DNA of 63,974 bases, the filler included, from Candidatus Babelota bacterium (GTDB lineage: Bacteria; JAGOBX01): assembly GCA_017999075.1 (NCBI GenBank). It is 6 parts of 6 records of this genome, joined end to end, with 100 filler letters (N's around TTAATTAATTAA, not from the genome) between each part and the next. Parts side by side here need not be neighbours in the genome. Positions count along the whole stretch, not along the records: positions 33,481 to 44,490 come from JAGOBX010000073.1; positions 44,591 to 55,577 come from JAGOBX010000074.1; 4 more parts are not named here. One strand, 5' to 3'. The notes below the pieces were generated by a model. That model saw only the letters and a program-made list of their open reading frames with translations, did not search any database and had not been told where the DNA came from. The position numbers and the translations under genes are program-made. Shown one piece after another: positions 41,555 through 51,940 of this stretch (positions are counted from its first letter, which is position 1; each line of letters begins with the position of its first letter).

Positions 41555-43213
41555 GTGATATCGGGATATAATAATATGAAACATAAAATTTTAATTTTGA
41601 TTTTATCTTGTTTATTTATAAACTTTACATCAGGATTAATTTCCGCAGCTTCTCAGGAAAATGCACAATCAAATAAAATAGACACATCAGGAATCGATAA
41701 AATCATCATTGTTTCTGAATGCTGGGAAAAATGGACTAATGAAGACAGCACCGGTTTAGTATTTGATTTGGCTGACATTATTTTCAATTCTGCAGGCATT
41801 AAATACGAAATTCTTTATACTAACTATGATGACGCAATATCATCAGTTCAAAATTTAAAAGCAGATATAGCAATCGGTCTTTATGAAAATGAATATCCAA
41901 ATTTAATTTATCCCAAATGGAGTTTTGATAATGATAATATATCAGCAATGTTTTTAAAAAATAAAAATATCAAATGGAAACATGAACAAACACTAAAAAA
42001 TAAAAAATGCGGATTTATTCAAGGATACAGTTTGGATAAATATATTCAGGTTCCTGTTCAGCAATTTGAACTTGATACCAGAACAGAACTTTTAAAAATG
42101 CTTATTTCCGGAAAAATTGATTTTATACTTGACGCATCTGATGAATTAGAAAAAATTTCTTTTTCTGAAGGAGTTAAAAAAGAAGATTTTATTATTAAAA
42201 CCGTAAAAAATATTAAAGTATTCTGGGCATTTCAAAATAGTAAACGTGGTTCAAAACTTCAAAATATCTGGGATCAAAATTATAAAGAATTATTTTTTTC
42301 AGGCAGATTAAAACCGATTCACGAAAAATGGTTCAATAAAAAAAATGATGGTTCAGAAGATGTTCAGGATGCATCAAACCCAAACATTGTTTCTGAGGTT
42401 AATAATTCTGCAGCCAACTCTTCTGAAGAAGTAAAAGGAAAATCAGAAAAAACACAAAATGATCTCCGTTTTTCAAATAAAAATAATTCATCGGAAAATG
42501 TCAAATTCGAAATAATACCTAATACTGATACTACCGGTATTGAAAAGGTGTTAATAATGTCAGAATCGTGGAAAAACTGGACTAATACAGACAGCACTGG
42601 TTTGGTTTTCGATCTTGTTAATTCAATTTTTTCAACTTATGGAATTGATGTTGAAATCAATTATGTTCCTTATGATGTATCTGTAAAAAATCTTATCGAA
42701 AAAAAAACTGATATTGCTGTTGGCGTGTACGAAAATGAAATAGAAAACATCATATATCCCAAATGGAATTTTACTATAGACAACATAAGCGCGGTTTGTC
42801 TTAAAAACACCAATACTAAATGGAATGGCGAAAAAAATATTGAAAATAAAAAATGCGGATATATAAAAGGCTACAATTACGATAAATACTTTTCAGTTTC
42901 AATTTTACCTGTTGAAAAAGAAACAAGAGCCGAACTTATGTCAGCTTTAGATAACCATGAAATAGATTTTTTCCTGGATACGGTAATTGAGATAGATGAT
43001 TATTTTAATTCAAATAATATTGTTAAAAACAATTATGAAATAAAACATCTTAAAAACCTAAAAATATATTTTGGTTTTCAAAATTCTAAAAAAGGAATAA
43101 AACTTAAAGATCACTGGGATTTGATGTTCAAAAATTATTTTTACAATGGTTATTTTAAAAAATTTTATGAAAAATGGCAAAAGGATTATAATTTCAAAAT
43201 TTTACAGCAATAA
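41555..43213 (+). CDS. Tandem-duplicated substrate-binding protein (amino-acid ABC/SBP family 3-like)
   Basis: Two homologous halves (SECWEKWTNEDSTGLVFDL and SESWKNWTNTDSTGLVFDL); signal peptide. Confidence 0.8.
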   Translation: MISGYNNMKHKILILILSCLFINFTSGLISAASQENAQSNKIDTSGIDKIIIVSECWEKWTNEDSTGLVFDLADIIFNSAGIKYEILYTNYDDAISSVQNLKADIAIGLYENEYPNLIYPKWSFDNDNISAMFLKNKNIKWKHEQTLKNKKCGFIQGYSLDKYIQVPVQQFELDTRTELLKMLISGKIDFILDASDELEKISFSEGVKKEDFIIKTVKNIKVFWAFQNSKRGSKLQNIWDQNYKELFFSGRLKPIHEKWFNKKNDGSEDVQDASNPNIVSEVNNSAANSSEEVKGKSEKTQNDLRFSNKNNSSENVKFEIIPNTDTTGIEKVLIMSESWKNWTNTDSTGLVFDLVNSIFSTYGIDVEINYVPYDVSVKNLIEKKTDIAVGVYENEIENIIYPKWNFTIDNISAVCLKNTNTKWNGEKNIENKKCGYIKGYNYDKYFSVSILPVEKETRAELMSALDNHEIDFFLDTVIEIDDYFNSNNIVKNNYEIKHLKNLKIYFGFQNSKKGIKLKDHWDLMFKNYFYNGYFKKFYEKWQKDYNFKILQQ

Positions 43214-43344
43214 ATTTTATTTTAAAATCTTCAACATATTTATTTATAATATCTATTTAGATTTGAACCGGATATATTTCTGACATTATTTAAAAATATT
43301 ATGTAATTATTATTTATATTCAAAAAAAGCATCAGGAGAAAATA

Positions 43345-43782
43345 ATGCTATATGCTAATAAAGGAATAATGTTTGCATTTTCAGCAATGATAATCTGGGG
43401 GTTTTGCCCAATTTTGGTGAAATTGGGAGTTAAAAGCATTTCTTCTATTAGCGCATTTGAAATTCGCACTATAGGCGTAATATTTTTTTTTCTCATATTC
43501 AGTATGGTTTCAGGACGCATAGTATCATATCCGGCTTTAGTAAGCAATAATTTTAAAACAACATTATATCTTTTTCTTGAGGGATTTCTTGGCGCATTTT
43601 TTGGACAAATCATGTATTATACCGCTCAAAAATATTGGGATGCTTCCAAAACAGTTGTTGTTGTATCTGCTTTTCCTGTAGTCACGCTCATACTCGCTTC
43701 TATAATTTTAAAAGAACCTATTACTATAAAAAAAACTTTCGGAATAATACTGGTTTTAACAGGATTTTATTTTATAAAATAA
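43345..43782 (+). CDS. EamA/DMT-family transporter
   Basis: Five TM helices; ILKEPITIKKTFGIIL. Confidence 0.85.
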   Translation: MLYANKGIMFAFSAMIIWGFCPILVKLGVKSISSISAFEIRTIGVIFFFLIFSMVSGRIVSYPALVSNNFKTTLYLFLEGFLGAFFGQIMYYTAQKYWDASKTVVVVSAFPVVTLILASIILKEPITIKKTFGIILVLTGFYFIK

Positions 43783-43800
43783 ACTACGGAGAATAATGAA

Positions 43801-44367
43801 ATGTCAAAAACAAAAATTTATATTATTATTTTGTCAGTTATATTCTTGTCAAACTGCACGACGTCACGTCATTCTTTAAAATATTCCGATAACTTTTCTA
43901 TTCAATCCTCTCCTGTAAAAATAAAATATAAAATTAAACCCGGCGAAAATATTGAAGGGAAATTTGTTATAAGCAGATGGTTTTGGCTTTTCAGATCTCC
44001 TGCTACAATAAATATTGCAGATAATATATATGCGATCGAACCTGATAAATCCTCATCTCAATCCATTTTTGATAATGCCGGAGTTATAAACACTATTTCT
44101 CCTGTTCCAATTATTGTATCACTTGTAAAACCTATTTCCGACTGGTTTAAAAACGACAATCTCATAAACACTGCAAAGGCTGCTGCTGTATATGAAGCTT
44201 GCGAACAAAATAATTACAATATTATTTTAACACCGGTTTACGAATGTAAAATTACAAGTTTCCTTTTTTATAAAAGGATAAAAGTAGTTGTAAAAGGAAA
44301 AGGAGCTCATATTTCTGAAATAATAGTTGATGATGAAAACCTTTCAAACACAAATCCAAAACAGTAA
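43801..44367 (+). CDS. Hypothetical lipoprotein
   Basis: Lipobox-like LSNC after a hydrophobic stretch. Confidence 0.65.
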   Translation: MSKTKIYIIILSVIFLSNCTTSRHSLKYSDNFSIQSSPVKIKYKIKPGENIEGKFVISRWFWLFRSPATINIADNIYAIEPDKSSSQSIFDNAGVINTISPVPIIVSLVKPISDWFKNDNLINTAKAAAVYEACEQNNYNIILTPVYECKITSFLFYKRIKVVVKGKGAHISEIIVDDENLSNTNPKQ

Positions 44368-44490
44368 ACCGAAAAATCGAGATTATTTTTTTATTTCTTA
44401 ATAATATTATAATTTATTTAATTATAATATAAATATTCGGGTTGAATATTCGTTAATATGAACATCAATTTTTTTATTATCATTTATAAG

Positions 44491-44590
44491 NNNNNNNNNN
44501 NNNNNNNNNNNNNNNNNNNNNNNNNNNNNNNNNNTTAATTAATTAANNNNNNNNNNNNNNNNNNNNNNNNNNNNNNNNNNNNNNNNNNNN
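44491..44590. other. Artificial contig linker
   Basis: N-run, TTAATTAATTAA, N-run. Confidence 0.99.
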
Positions 44591-45744
44591 ATTAACCCGA
44601 TTACGTAAGCTGAAGATATTGACAAAGCCAATAAAGAAAACATAAAAATTCTTTCATAATATCTCAAAACTGAAAACATCGGAATAAATTTTATCAGAGT
44701 CATCGGAAATATTAAAGAATAAAAAGTTATCATTAATCCGAATATAAAAAAAACAGCTACAATTATTTTAATATGGCTTTGAATTTCCGAATATTTAAAA
44801 AAAATAAACATAAAAAAAATAGGCAAAATACCTGCATATTCAACATATCTCATTATATTAGATATATAAAATTTTCTTAATGGAAGCCATAAATTTCTCA
44901 ACGATTCGTTATATAAACCTGTAAAATCAGGAATTATTACATTAAAAAGATTCAATACTTTTAATCCGGCCAAATTAGAATTTTTTTCAAATACAAATTC
45001 CGGAGTGTTTAAAACAAAATTAAAAAAACTTAACAGAAGCGGAGATGCAACAACAAAAAAAATTACTGATGCGGCAAATAAATTTCCTGCAACCAAACTT
45101 ATTTTTTTTGAGAAGATGGATTTAAATTTAATGATCAGGATTATCATGCACGCCAAAAAAGTATAATAAAAATATTGCGGATGACCTGCAAGAAATTGCA
45201 GACCAAAAAGCATCCCTATGGTTATTGAATATTTGTAATTAAATGTTTTTATCCATTTAAATAAACAAATCAGGATCCAAGGGAAATATGTCAGAGTGGC
45301 AATTATATCAAGAAATCCTGATGCCGAAATATAATAATTGGAAAAAATAAAAACAAATGTTCCTATGCCTGCAGAAAAAAGATTGAGTTCAAATTCTTTT
45401 AAAAAGAACATCATTCCTATTCCAAACAAAACTATATGAAACAATTGAAACAGCTGGATTTGATGAAATATGTCAAACCATAAAAATATATATGTGAACG
45501 GGTAAAATACTTGATTAGTAGGAAAATTCGCATGTTCTATTCCTCCATGTGTGAACGGATTCCATTCGGGAATATTGTATTGAGAAATCTGATTTTTTAA
45601 AAATATTTTTACTGGAACGAATATATCTGCGGAATCTCCTTCCCATAAGATCTGGTCATAAAAAAAATATCTGTATGAATAAGCGAATATTATAATAATC
45701 GAAAATAAAATAATATATAAAATTAACTGTGAGTGTTTTTGCAT
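44591..45744 (-). CDS. YfhO-like polytopic membrane glycosyltransferase, 3' truncated
   Basis: GD...P...PEWNPFTHGG...VFYPF, LAGHPQ, YAGILP, LRYYER. Confidence 0.75.
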
Positions 45745-45768
45745 TGTTTATGAACAATAATTTTTATT

Positions 45769-45846
45769 TGGCAGAGCTGAAGGGAGCGGGGGATCTTCGG
45801 ATTCCAGAATGCAAAAGCTGCGCTCTCCCAGCTCAGCTACGGCCCC
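45769..45846 (-). pseudogene. Degenerate tRNA-Ala(TGC)-like element
   Basis: GGGGCCGTAGCTGAGCTGGGAGAGCGC...TTGCA...CAGCTCT-G-CCA: Ala-type 5' half, G3:U70 and CCA kept; anticodon stem and T-loop disrupted. Confidence 0.75.
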
Positions 45847-45901
45847 TCATACACTAAAACAATAAAAGCCCAGTTTTTCAAAATCAAACTAAATACAAAA
45901 A

Positions 45902-46921
45902 TCAGTTTATCTTAACAAATCCGGAATCCCAGATTTTTTTCATAATATCAGATTTTAATAAAGTAATTTTGATGTTAAACAATCTTCGTTCTTTTTTTTC
46001 TATGTAAATTTTATATTTAGTTTCAATGATTTCTTTATTAACAGGGCTCAAAGAATTGTAACTCCTGTTGAATTCTTTAATTGATAATTCATTTTTTATA
46101 TCTTTTTCAGTTATATAATTTTTGTTATTCAATCTGACTATGGCATATCCTAAAACATCTTTTCCGCTTTCAGAAGTTACAGGAAAAATTCCGGATGTTC
46201 CTCCGTCTTTCAATCGATACAGCATATATTCAACAGCAAGAAGGCTTTCGCCTATATCTTTAATTCCTATTTTTCCATCTGCAGTTTTAATTTTATCAGA
46301 AGAATATTTTTTGGCTAGTTCTTCAAACTTTTCACCGCGCCGGAGTTTTAACAAGACGTCCATTATTTCGTTTACTTCATTTGTCATAATAATGGAATAA
46401 TCATATTTCATAAATAAATCTTCATTTGTTATAATAATATTTCCGGCAATCTGAGAATTTACAAATTTATCATATATAAGTTTTTTTTTCAATTCTTCAG
46501 ACTGATTTAACTGTTCCATTAATCTTTCAAAATAAGATTGTTCTGTTAAATTTTCTTTGGCAAGAAATTTACTAAATTCTTCATCGCTTGGGAAAGAAGA
46601 TTTATCTTCTTCTATTTTATTCAGAGCTATATTTTTCAAATCATCGCTATCAATATCTATTTTATACTTTTTGGTAACCTGAGAGAAAAGTTTATCTTCA
46701 ATCAGTTCAATAAGAATTTTTTTCAATAATTCCGGATTATTAACGTCTATGCCCTGAGCAATATAACCTAATGTCATTTTGTTGATGTCTATCAAAGATA
46801 TAATATCATCATTTACATAAGCAGAAATATTATTCAAAGTATAACTGCATAATGATATTGAAGATATTAAACATATAATAAATGTGCAAATAATTTTTTT
46901 CATTGTTTTAATTTTGTACAA
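45902..46921 (-). CDS. SurA/PrsA-like peptidyl-prolyl isomerase chaperone
   Basis: ISAYVNDDII SurA N-terminus; GEKFEELAKKYSSD...GKIG parvulin motif. Confidence 0.75.
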   Translation of the reverse strand: MYKIKTMKKIICTFIICLISSISLCSYTLNNISAYVNDDIISLIDINKMTLGYIAQGIDVNNPELLKKILIELIEDKLFSQVTKKYKIDIDSDDLKNIALNKIEEDKSSFPSDEEFSKFLAKENLTEQSYFERLMEQLNQSEELKKKLIYDKFVNSQIAGNIIITNEDLFMKYDYSIIMTNEVNEIMDVLLKLRRGEKFEELAKKYSSDKIKTADGKIGIKDIGESLLAVEYMLYRLKDGGTSGIFPVTSESGKDVLGYAIVRLNNKNYITEKDIKNELSIKEFNRSYNSLSPVNKEIIETKYKIYIEKKERRLFNIKITLLKSDIMKKIWDSGFVKIN

Positions 46922-47048
46922 AAAAATAATTTATTCATAATATAATATTCATATATCATTTATATAATTTTTGGTAAAAAGTCAATAAAAATCAAATAAT
47001 TAATAAATAAAATTTGACAAAGAAAAATTTTTTTAATATTATAATATC

Positions 47049-48131
47049 ATGAAATTAAAAAATCATACTGATGTTAAACAATTTAATTCCTCAAAAATAT
47101 TGAACCATCCTAAACGAATCAGCGAATGGCTTGAAACAGGCAATACGTCTCCTATAACTTATGAATTAGATTTAACAAACAACTGCAACAGCGAATGCCC
47201 GTATTGCTTCGGGTTTAAAGACAGAACTAAATATAAAATTTCACTTGATAAAAAATTTATATTCGACATTCTATCACAAATTAAAAAATTCAATGGAAAA
47301 GCCGTAACTTTTACAGGAGGCGGCGAACCTTTAATGAATTCAAATATAAATGATGCAATAAAATACGCAAAAAAAATAGGACTTGATGTTGGTGTAATAA
47401 CTAACGGTATTCTATTAAATATTTCAATAGGAGAAACTATTTTAAAAAACGCAACCTGGCTGAGAGTAAGCTTAGACGCTGCAACTCCTGAAATATACAA
47501 AAAATCTCATGGACTTAATTCCGATTTTTTTTATAAAGTTTGCGAAAATATAAAAAATATAACAAGTTTAAAAAAAAAATTACATAGCTCCACTACTGTA
47601 GGAATAGGTTTTTTAACATTCAAAGAATCATCTCCTGACATAATAAAATTCGCCAAACTCGGGAAAAAATTGGGAGTGGATTATTCCCAGTTCAGACCTC
47701 TCTTAACCTCATACGGTTACAAAAAAAAATCTTATGAACGGACTAACTCAAAAATAATATCAAAAAAAATTACTAAAGCCTTAGAATTATCTTCCGAAGG
47801 TTATGACGTATTATATTCAAAACATAAATATGATACAGAATTATATGAAAAAAATTTAAGGAATTACGATAAATGTCACGGTCATCATTTTGCAGCTGTG
47901 ATATCTGCTGATAAAAAAATGTATTTATGCTGCCATTTGCGGGGAGTTCAAAAATATTGTATTGGGGATTTATCGAAACATTCACTCAAACAAATTTGGC
48001 TCAGCGAACATAGAAAAAATATTTTCGAAAATATTGATTTTAAAGATTGCCCGTATTTATGCAGATGCGATTCGTTCAACACAATTTTATGGAACATTAA
48101 ACAACCAAAAAATCATATTAATTTTCTTTAA
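47049..48131 (+). CDS. Radical SAM protein with SPASM/twitch domain
   Basis: CNSECPYC, FTGGGEPL, C-terminal C...YLCC...IGDL...CPYLCRC. Confidence 0.9.
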   Translation: MKLKNHTDVKQFNSSKILNHPKRISEWLETGNTSPITYELDLTNNCNSECPYCFGFKDRTKYKISLDKKFIFDILSQIKKFNGKAVTFTGGGEPLMNSNINDAIKYAKKIGLDVGVITNGILLNISIGETILKNATWLRVSLDAATPEIYKKSHGLNSDFFYKVCENIKNITSLKKKLHSSTTVGIGFLTFKESSPDIIKFAKLGKKLGVDYSQFRPLLTSYGYKKKSYERTNSKIISKKITKALELSSEGYDVLYSKHKYDTELYEKNLRNYDKCHGHHFAAVISADKKMYLCCHLRGVQKYCIGDLSKHSLKQIWLSEHRKNIFENIDFKDCPYLCRCDSFNTILWNIKQPKNHINFL

Positions 48132-48137
48132 TTCGAC

Positions 48138-49544
48138 ATGGCAAAAATTTTAATATTCACGACAGAACTTACTTCTATTTCCGGTTTATCCACAGGCGGC
48201 AGAGGAATTAGAATTCAAAATCTAATAAACGGATTAAAATTACATAATCATAATGTAATAACATCATTTTTAGCAGAAAACATTGCTTATATTGAGACGC
48301 AAAAAAAAATCAAAGTGCCCGAAGAATACAAAATACATTGCCATCAATACGAATACAGTAAAATTATTACAGAAATAAATCCGGACGTTATAATATTCAG
48401 TCCTTGGACTCTCGCAATTTCATATAATAATAAAAAATTTAAAAATATTCCTGTTGTAATTGATATGCCGGGAATGTTGACACTTGAAAACATTTATGAC
48501 AAAACAGAAGAAAACTTTTTTTTTCTTGCAAAAAAAATATATTCGCTTAACAAAGCTGACTTGTTCTGCATTTCAAATCCAAGACAAAAATATTTTTTAT
48601 ACCCGTTGTTAATAATGGCAGGAGCAGATTTAAAAAAAAAACCTTTAATTCAAGTTCCAATAAGTTATTCGGACGATATTCCGGAACATAAATCTTATCC
48701 TTCTCCTCCGGTATTCGTATTCAGCGGGATTCTCTGGAAATGGCAGAATTACGGCGATTCGTTAAATGTCATTGCTGATTATATTTCAAAATCAGGCGGA
48801 AAATTAGATTTATTTTGCGGAAATTTTATATATAAAAAAGAAGACAGATCATTAGATAATCTAAAAAAAAATAAATCTGTTAATGTTAACGGTTTGGTTG
48901 ACCATGATATTTTAATAGAAAAATATCTTCAATCATCTGCGGCAATTGAATTATATTTGCCGAATCCGGAACGCGAACTTGCCACTACTACACGCACATT
49001 CGAATATTTTTGGTCCGGACTGCCTGTTATTTATTCAAAAGGAATGTTTTTAGCGGAATTCATTAAAGAATATGACGCAGGATGGGTGGTTGATCCTGCA
49101 AATAAAAATGAATTGATAAATGTTTTAGAAGAAATAACCACGAATCCTGAAATATGCAAAACCAAAGGAACCAATGCTCAAAAACTTCTAAAAGAAAAAT
49201 TCAATAATTATGCGTCCACCTCAAAATTATCCGAATTTTGTTCAAACCCGAAAAAACTTAATAATAAAAACAATTTTATCTCATTTTTATCAGAAGAAAA
49301 CATAAAAAAATCTGATAAAATCAGGCATTTAAAAAACACAGTTCTGTCTCATATAAATAACGAAATCAGTCTTAAAAACAAACAAAATTCAGAATTGATT
49401 TCTGAAAATATTTTTCTAAAAAAAATCAATAAAGAGCTCGAAACAGATTTAACCCGAATAAAAAACAGATTGATTTTCAGAAGTTTATTAAAAATCAAAA
49501 AAATCTTCGAATTAATAAAAGATTTAATTCTTCTGAAAAAATAA
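48138..49544 (+). CDS. GT4-like glycosyltransferase with C-terminal coiled coil
   Basis: TRTFEYFWSGLPVI, EYDAGWVVDP. Confidence 0.8.
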   Translation: MAKILIFTTELTSISGLSTGGRGIRIQNLINGLKLHNHNVITSFLAENIAYIETQKKIKVPEEYKIHCHQYEYSKIITEINPDVIIFSPWTLAISYNNKKFKNIPVVIDMPGMLTLENIYDKTEENFFFLAKKIYSLNKADLFCISNPRQKYFLYPLLIMAGADLKKKPLIQVPISYSDDIPEHKSYPSPPVFVFSGILWKWQNYGDSLNVIADYISKSGGKLDLFCGNFIYKKEDRSLDNLKKNKSVNVNGLVDHDILIEKYLQSSAAIELYLPNPERELATTTRTFEYFWSGLPVIYSKGMFLAEFIKEYDAGWVVDPANKNELINVLEEITTNPEICKTKGTNAQKLLKEKFNNYASTSKLSEFCSNPKKLNNKNNFISFLSEENIKKSDKIRHLKNTVLSHINNEISLKNKQNSELISENIFLKKINKELETDLTRIKNRLIFRSLLKIKKIFELIKDLILLKK

Positions 49545-49571
49545 AACATTATTTTTTCATCAATTTTAGAA

Positions 49572-51479
49572 TTATTGTTTTTGAAATTGCGTATTGTAGT
49601 AATATGCGTATAATCCATTTTTATTCAGCAGCTGCTGATGATTTCCTATTTCAGCTATTTCTCCATCTTTTAAAACAAGAATTATATCAGCATTAACAAT
49701 TGTTGATAACCGGTGTGCAATTACAAATGTCGTATATTTTTTCATAAGGTTATCAATAGCATTTTGAACAAGTTTTTCAGATTCGGAATCAAGCGATGAG
49801 GTAGCTTCATCTAAAATAAGTACAGAAGCAGGTTTATAAATCGCTCTTGCTATAGCTATTCTTTGTTTTTGCCCTACTGAAAGAAGTTGCCCTCTGTCTC
49901 CAATTACAGAATCAAATCCGTCTTTAATCTGCATAATAAAATCGTAAGCATTGGCAAGCTTAGCGGCTTCAATTACGCGTTCCATATCAGGTTCGGTTTC
50001 AGGGAAACATATGTTATTTTTTATAGTATCATTAAACAAAAAAATTTCCTGTTCTACAATAGCTATATTTTTTCTCAAAGAATTTAGAGAATAATTCTTA
50101 ATGTTTATTCTGTCAAAAGAAATTATGCCTGAAGAAACGTCATAAAATCTCGGCAGAAGATTGACAAGAGTTGTTTTTCCTGTTCCGCTCGGTCCTATTA
50201 TTGCCGCGGTTTTACCTGCATTAACCGTAAAAGAAATATTTTTCAAAATTTCATTTTCTTCCGGTCCATACGAAAAACACACATTATTAAATGTTACCAG
50301 TTTGGTTACTTTTTCCAATTCAATAGGTTGTTCCTGCTCAACAATGTCGTCTTTAACATTTAATATTTCAGTTATTCTGCCAAGCATAACATTGACTTGA
50401 TGATAATTTACGTTTAACTGAGTCAATTCTTTAATAGGTTTATACATAGTCATCAGCGCGGCAATAAAAGTAATAATTGTGCCGCTGGTCAATTCATCGT
50501 TTTCAGAAAAATACAATGCAGCCCACATTACCGCTATAACTCCGAACATAGTGAACAGTTCTATTACAGGAGAAGCAAGTATCTGTAATTTCCACGATTT
50601 TAAATTCTGCACAAAAAAAATTTCGTTTTCGGATTTAAATTTTGAATTAAGTCTATTTTCAGCAGTAAACGCCTTTATAATTTTTATTCCATATATGCTT
50701 TCCTGCAAATACTGAGTTATATCGCTGATTTTCAATTGAATTTTCAAAATATATTTTCTTATCATTTTTCCAAAAAAATATATTATCAATCCTGCAGCAG
50801 GAACTATTGTAAAAGCTATTAAAGAAAGTTTCCAGGAAATCATAAAAACAAAAATTGTCAGAAAAAATATTTCAGCAGGTTTTTCAATGGTCTGAATTAT
50901 TAAAGTTGATAAAGTAGATTGAAGAACAGAAATGTCATTTGTAAACCTTGACAGCAAATCACCGGCTTTCTGATTTGAATAAAATTTAAAAGGCATAGAA
51001 AGAATTTTTTCATACATTTTTATTCTAATGTCCTTTATAACAGCTCCAACCGCATAAATCAATGTATAACTATGACAAAATTTAAAGAACCCTTTTAAAA
51101 AAGACATTATTATCAAATATCCGGAAATAAAAACGAATATATATTTTTTATTAAAAGTATATTTCTTGGCAAGCATTGATTTTATTTTTACAGTTAATTC
51201 TTTAGAAACTGATTTTGCTACAGGAACTTTTTTATTAATATATGATAATTTGGAAACAACTTTTTCAGGAACTTTATATTCAATAACAACATTTTTTTGA
51301 AATAATTTATCGACAAAAGGTTTTAAAATCCATAATTGAAGCGGACTGGTTAATGAAAAAAGAATCATAAAAACAACCGATACTATTATTAAAACTTTAT
51401 ATTTTGCTACAAAAGGTTTTAAAAAATTCCAATTAGCCGAAAAATTATTATTTTCCATACTGTTTTTGTTATCAGCCAC
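49572..51479 (-). CDS. MsbA-like ABC transporter, permease/ATPase fusion
   Basis: GPSGTGKT, LSVGQKQRIAIAR, LILDEATSSLD, IAHRLST. Confidence 0.9.
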   Translation of the reverse strand: MADNKNSMENNNFSANWNFLKPFVAKYKVLIIVSVVFMILFSLTSPLQLWILKPFVDKLFQKNVVIEYKVPEKVVSKLSYINKKVPVAKSVSKELTVKIKSMLAKKYTFNKKYIFVFISGYLIIMSFLKGFFKFCHSYTLIYAVGAVIKDIRIKMYEKILSMPFKFYSNQKAGDLLSRFTNDISVLQSTLSTLIIQTIEKPAEIFFLTIFVFMISWKLSLIAFTIVPAAGLIIYFFGKMIRKYILKIQLKISDITQYLQESIYGIKIIKAFTAENRLNSKFKSENEIFFVQNLKSWKLQILASPVIELFTMFGVIAVMWAALYFSENDELTSGTIITFIAALMTMYKPIKELTQLNVNYHQVNVMLGRITEILNVKDDIVEQEQPIELEKVTKLVTFNNVCFSYGPEENEILKNISFTVNAGKTAAIIGPSGTGKTTLVNLLPRFYDVSSGIISFDRINIKNYSLNSLRKNIAIVEQEIFLFNDTIKNNICFPETEPDMERVIEAAKLANAYDFIMQIKDGFDSVIGDRGQLLSVGQKQRIAIARAIYKPASVLILDEATSSLDSESEKLVQNAIDNLMKKYTTFVIAHRLSTIVNADIILVLKDGEIAEIGNHQQLLNKNGLYAYYYNTQFQKQ

Positions 51480-51532
51480 TATTTTTATATTACTCCGGTA
51501 TTTTTTTTAGGGAAGATTTAAAGAATTATAAA

Positions 51533-51826
51533 TCAATCATCAAAATATTTCAAACGCTGAAGTTCTTTGTATTCTTCGTCCGTAATAATTTCATAAAGTT
51601 TTAATGCTCCACCACATCCTGATTTAGGACATAAATATAACGATTTTCCTTTGCCGTAAGAATACTCAATTTCTTCTTTACTATAAACATGATAGAAATT
51701 ATTAGAACACCTGAAATGATCATGAAATCTGTTATGTCCTGCATTAGACATTCTTCTTAATAGAAATACTATTAAGATTGATAAGAATAAAACTATAATA
51801 AATTGAATAAATCCAAAATTTTCCAT
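51533..51826 (-). CDS. Small TM protein with possible zinc-binding C-terminus
   Basis: N-terminal TM helix; CSNNFYH...CPKSGCGG. Confidence 0.55.
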   Translation of the reverse strand: MENFGFIQFIIVLFLSILIVFLLRRMSNAGHNRFHDHFRCSNNFYHVYSKEEIEYSYGKGKSLYLCPKSGCGGALKLYEIITDEEYKELQRLKYFDD

Positions 51827-51940
51827 GAAATTAATATTATTTTATAAACAAATGTTTGTCAATAATTTTTTTGTTGATAATTAATAAAAGTCAAGTATAA
51901 TAAAAACAATAAAACATAATGTATTAAATATGTAAAAATT

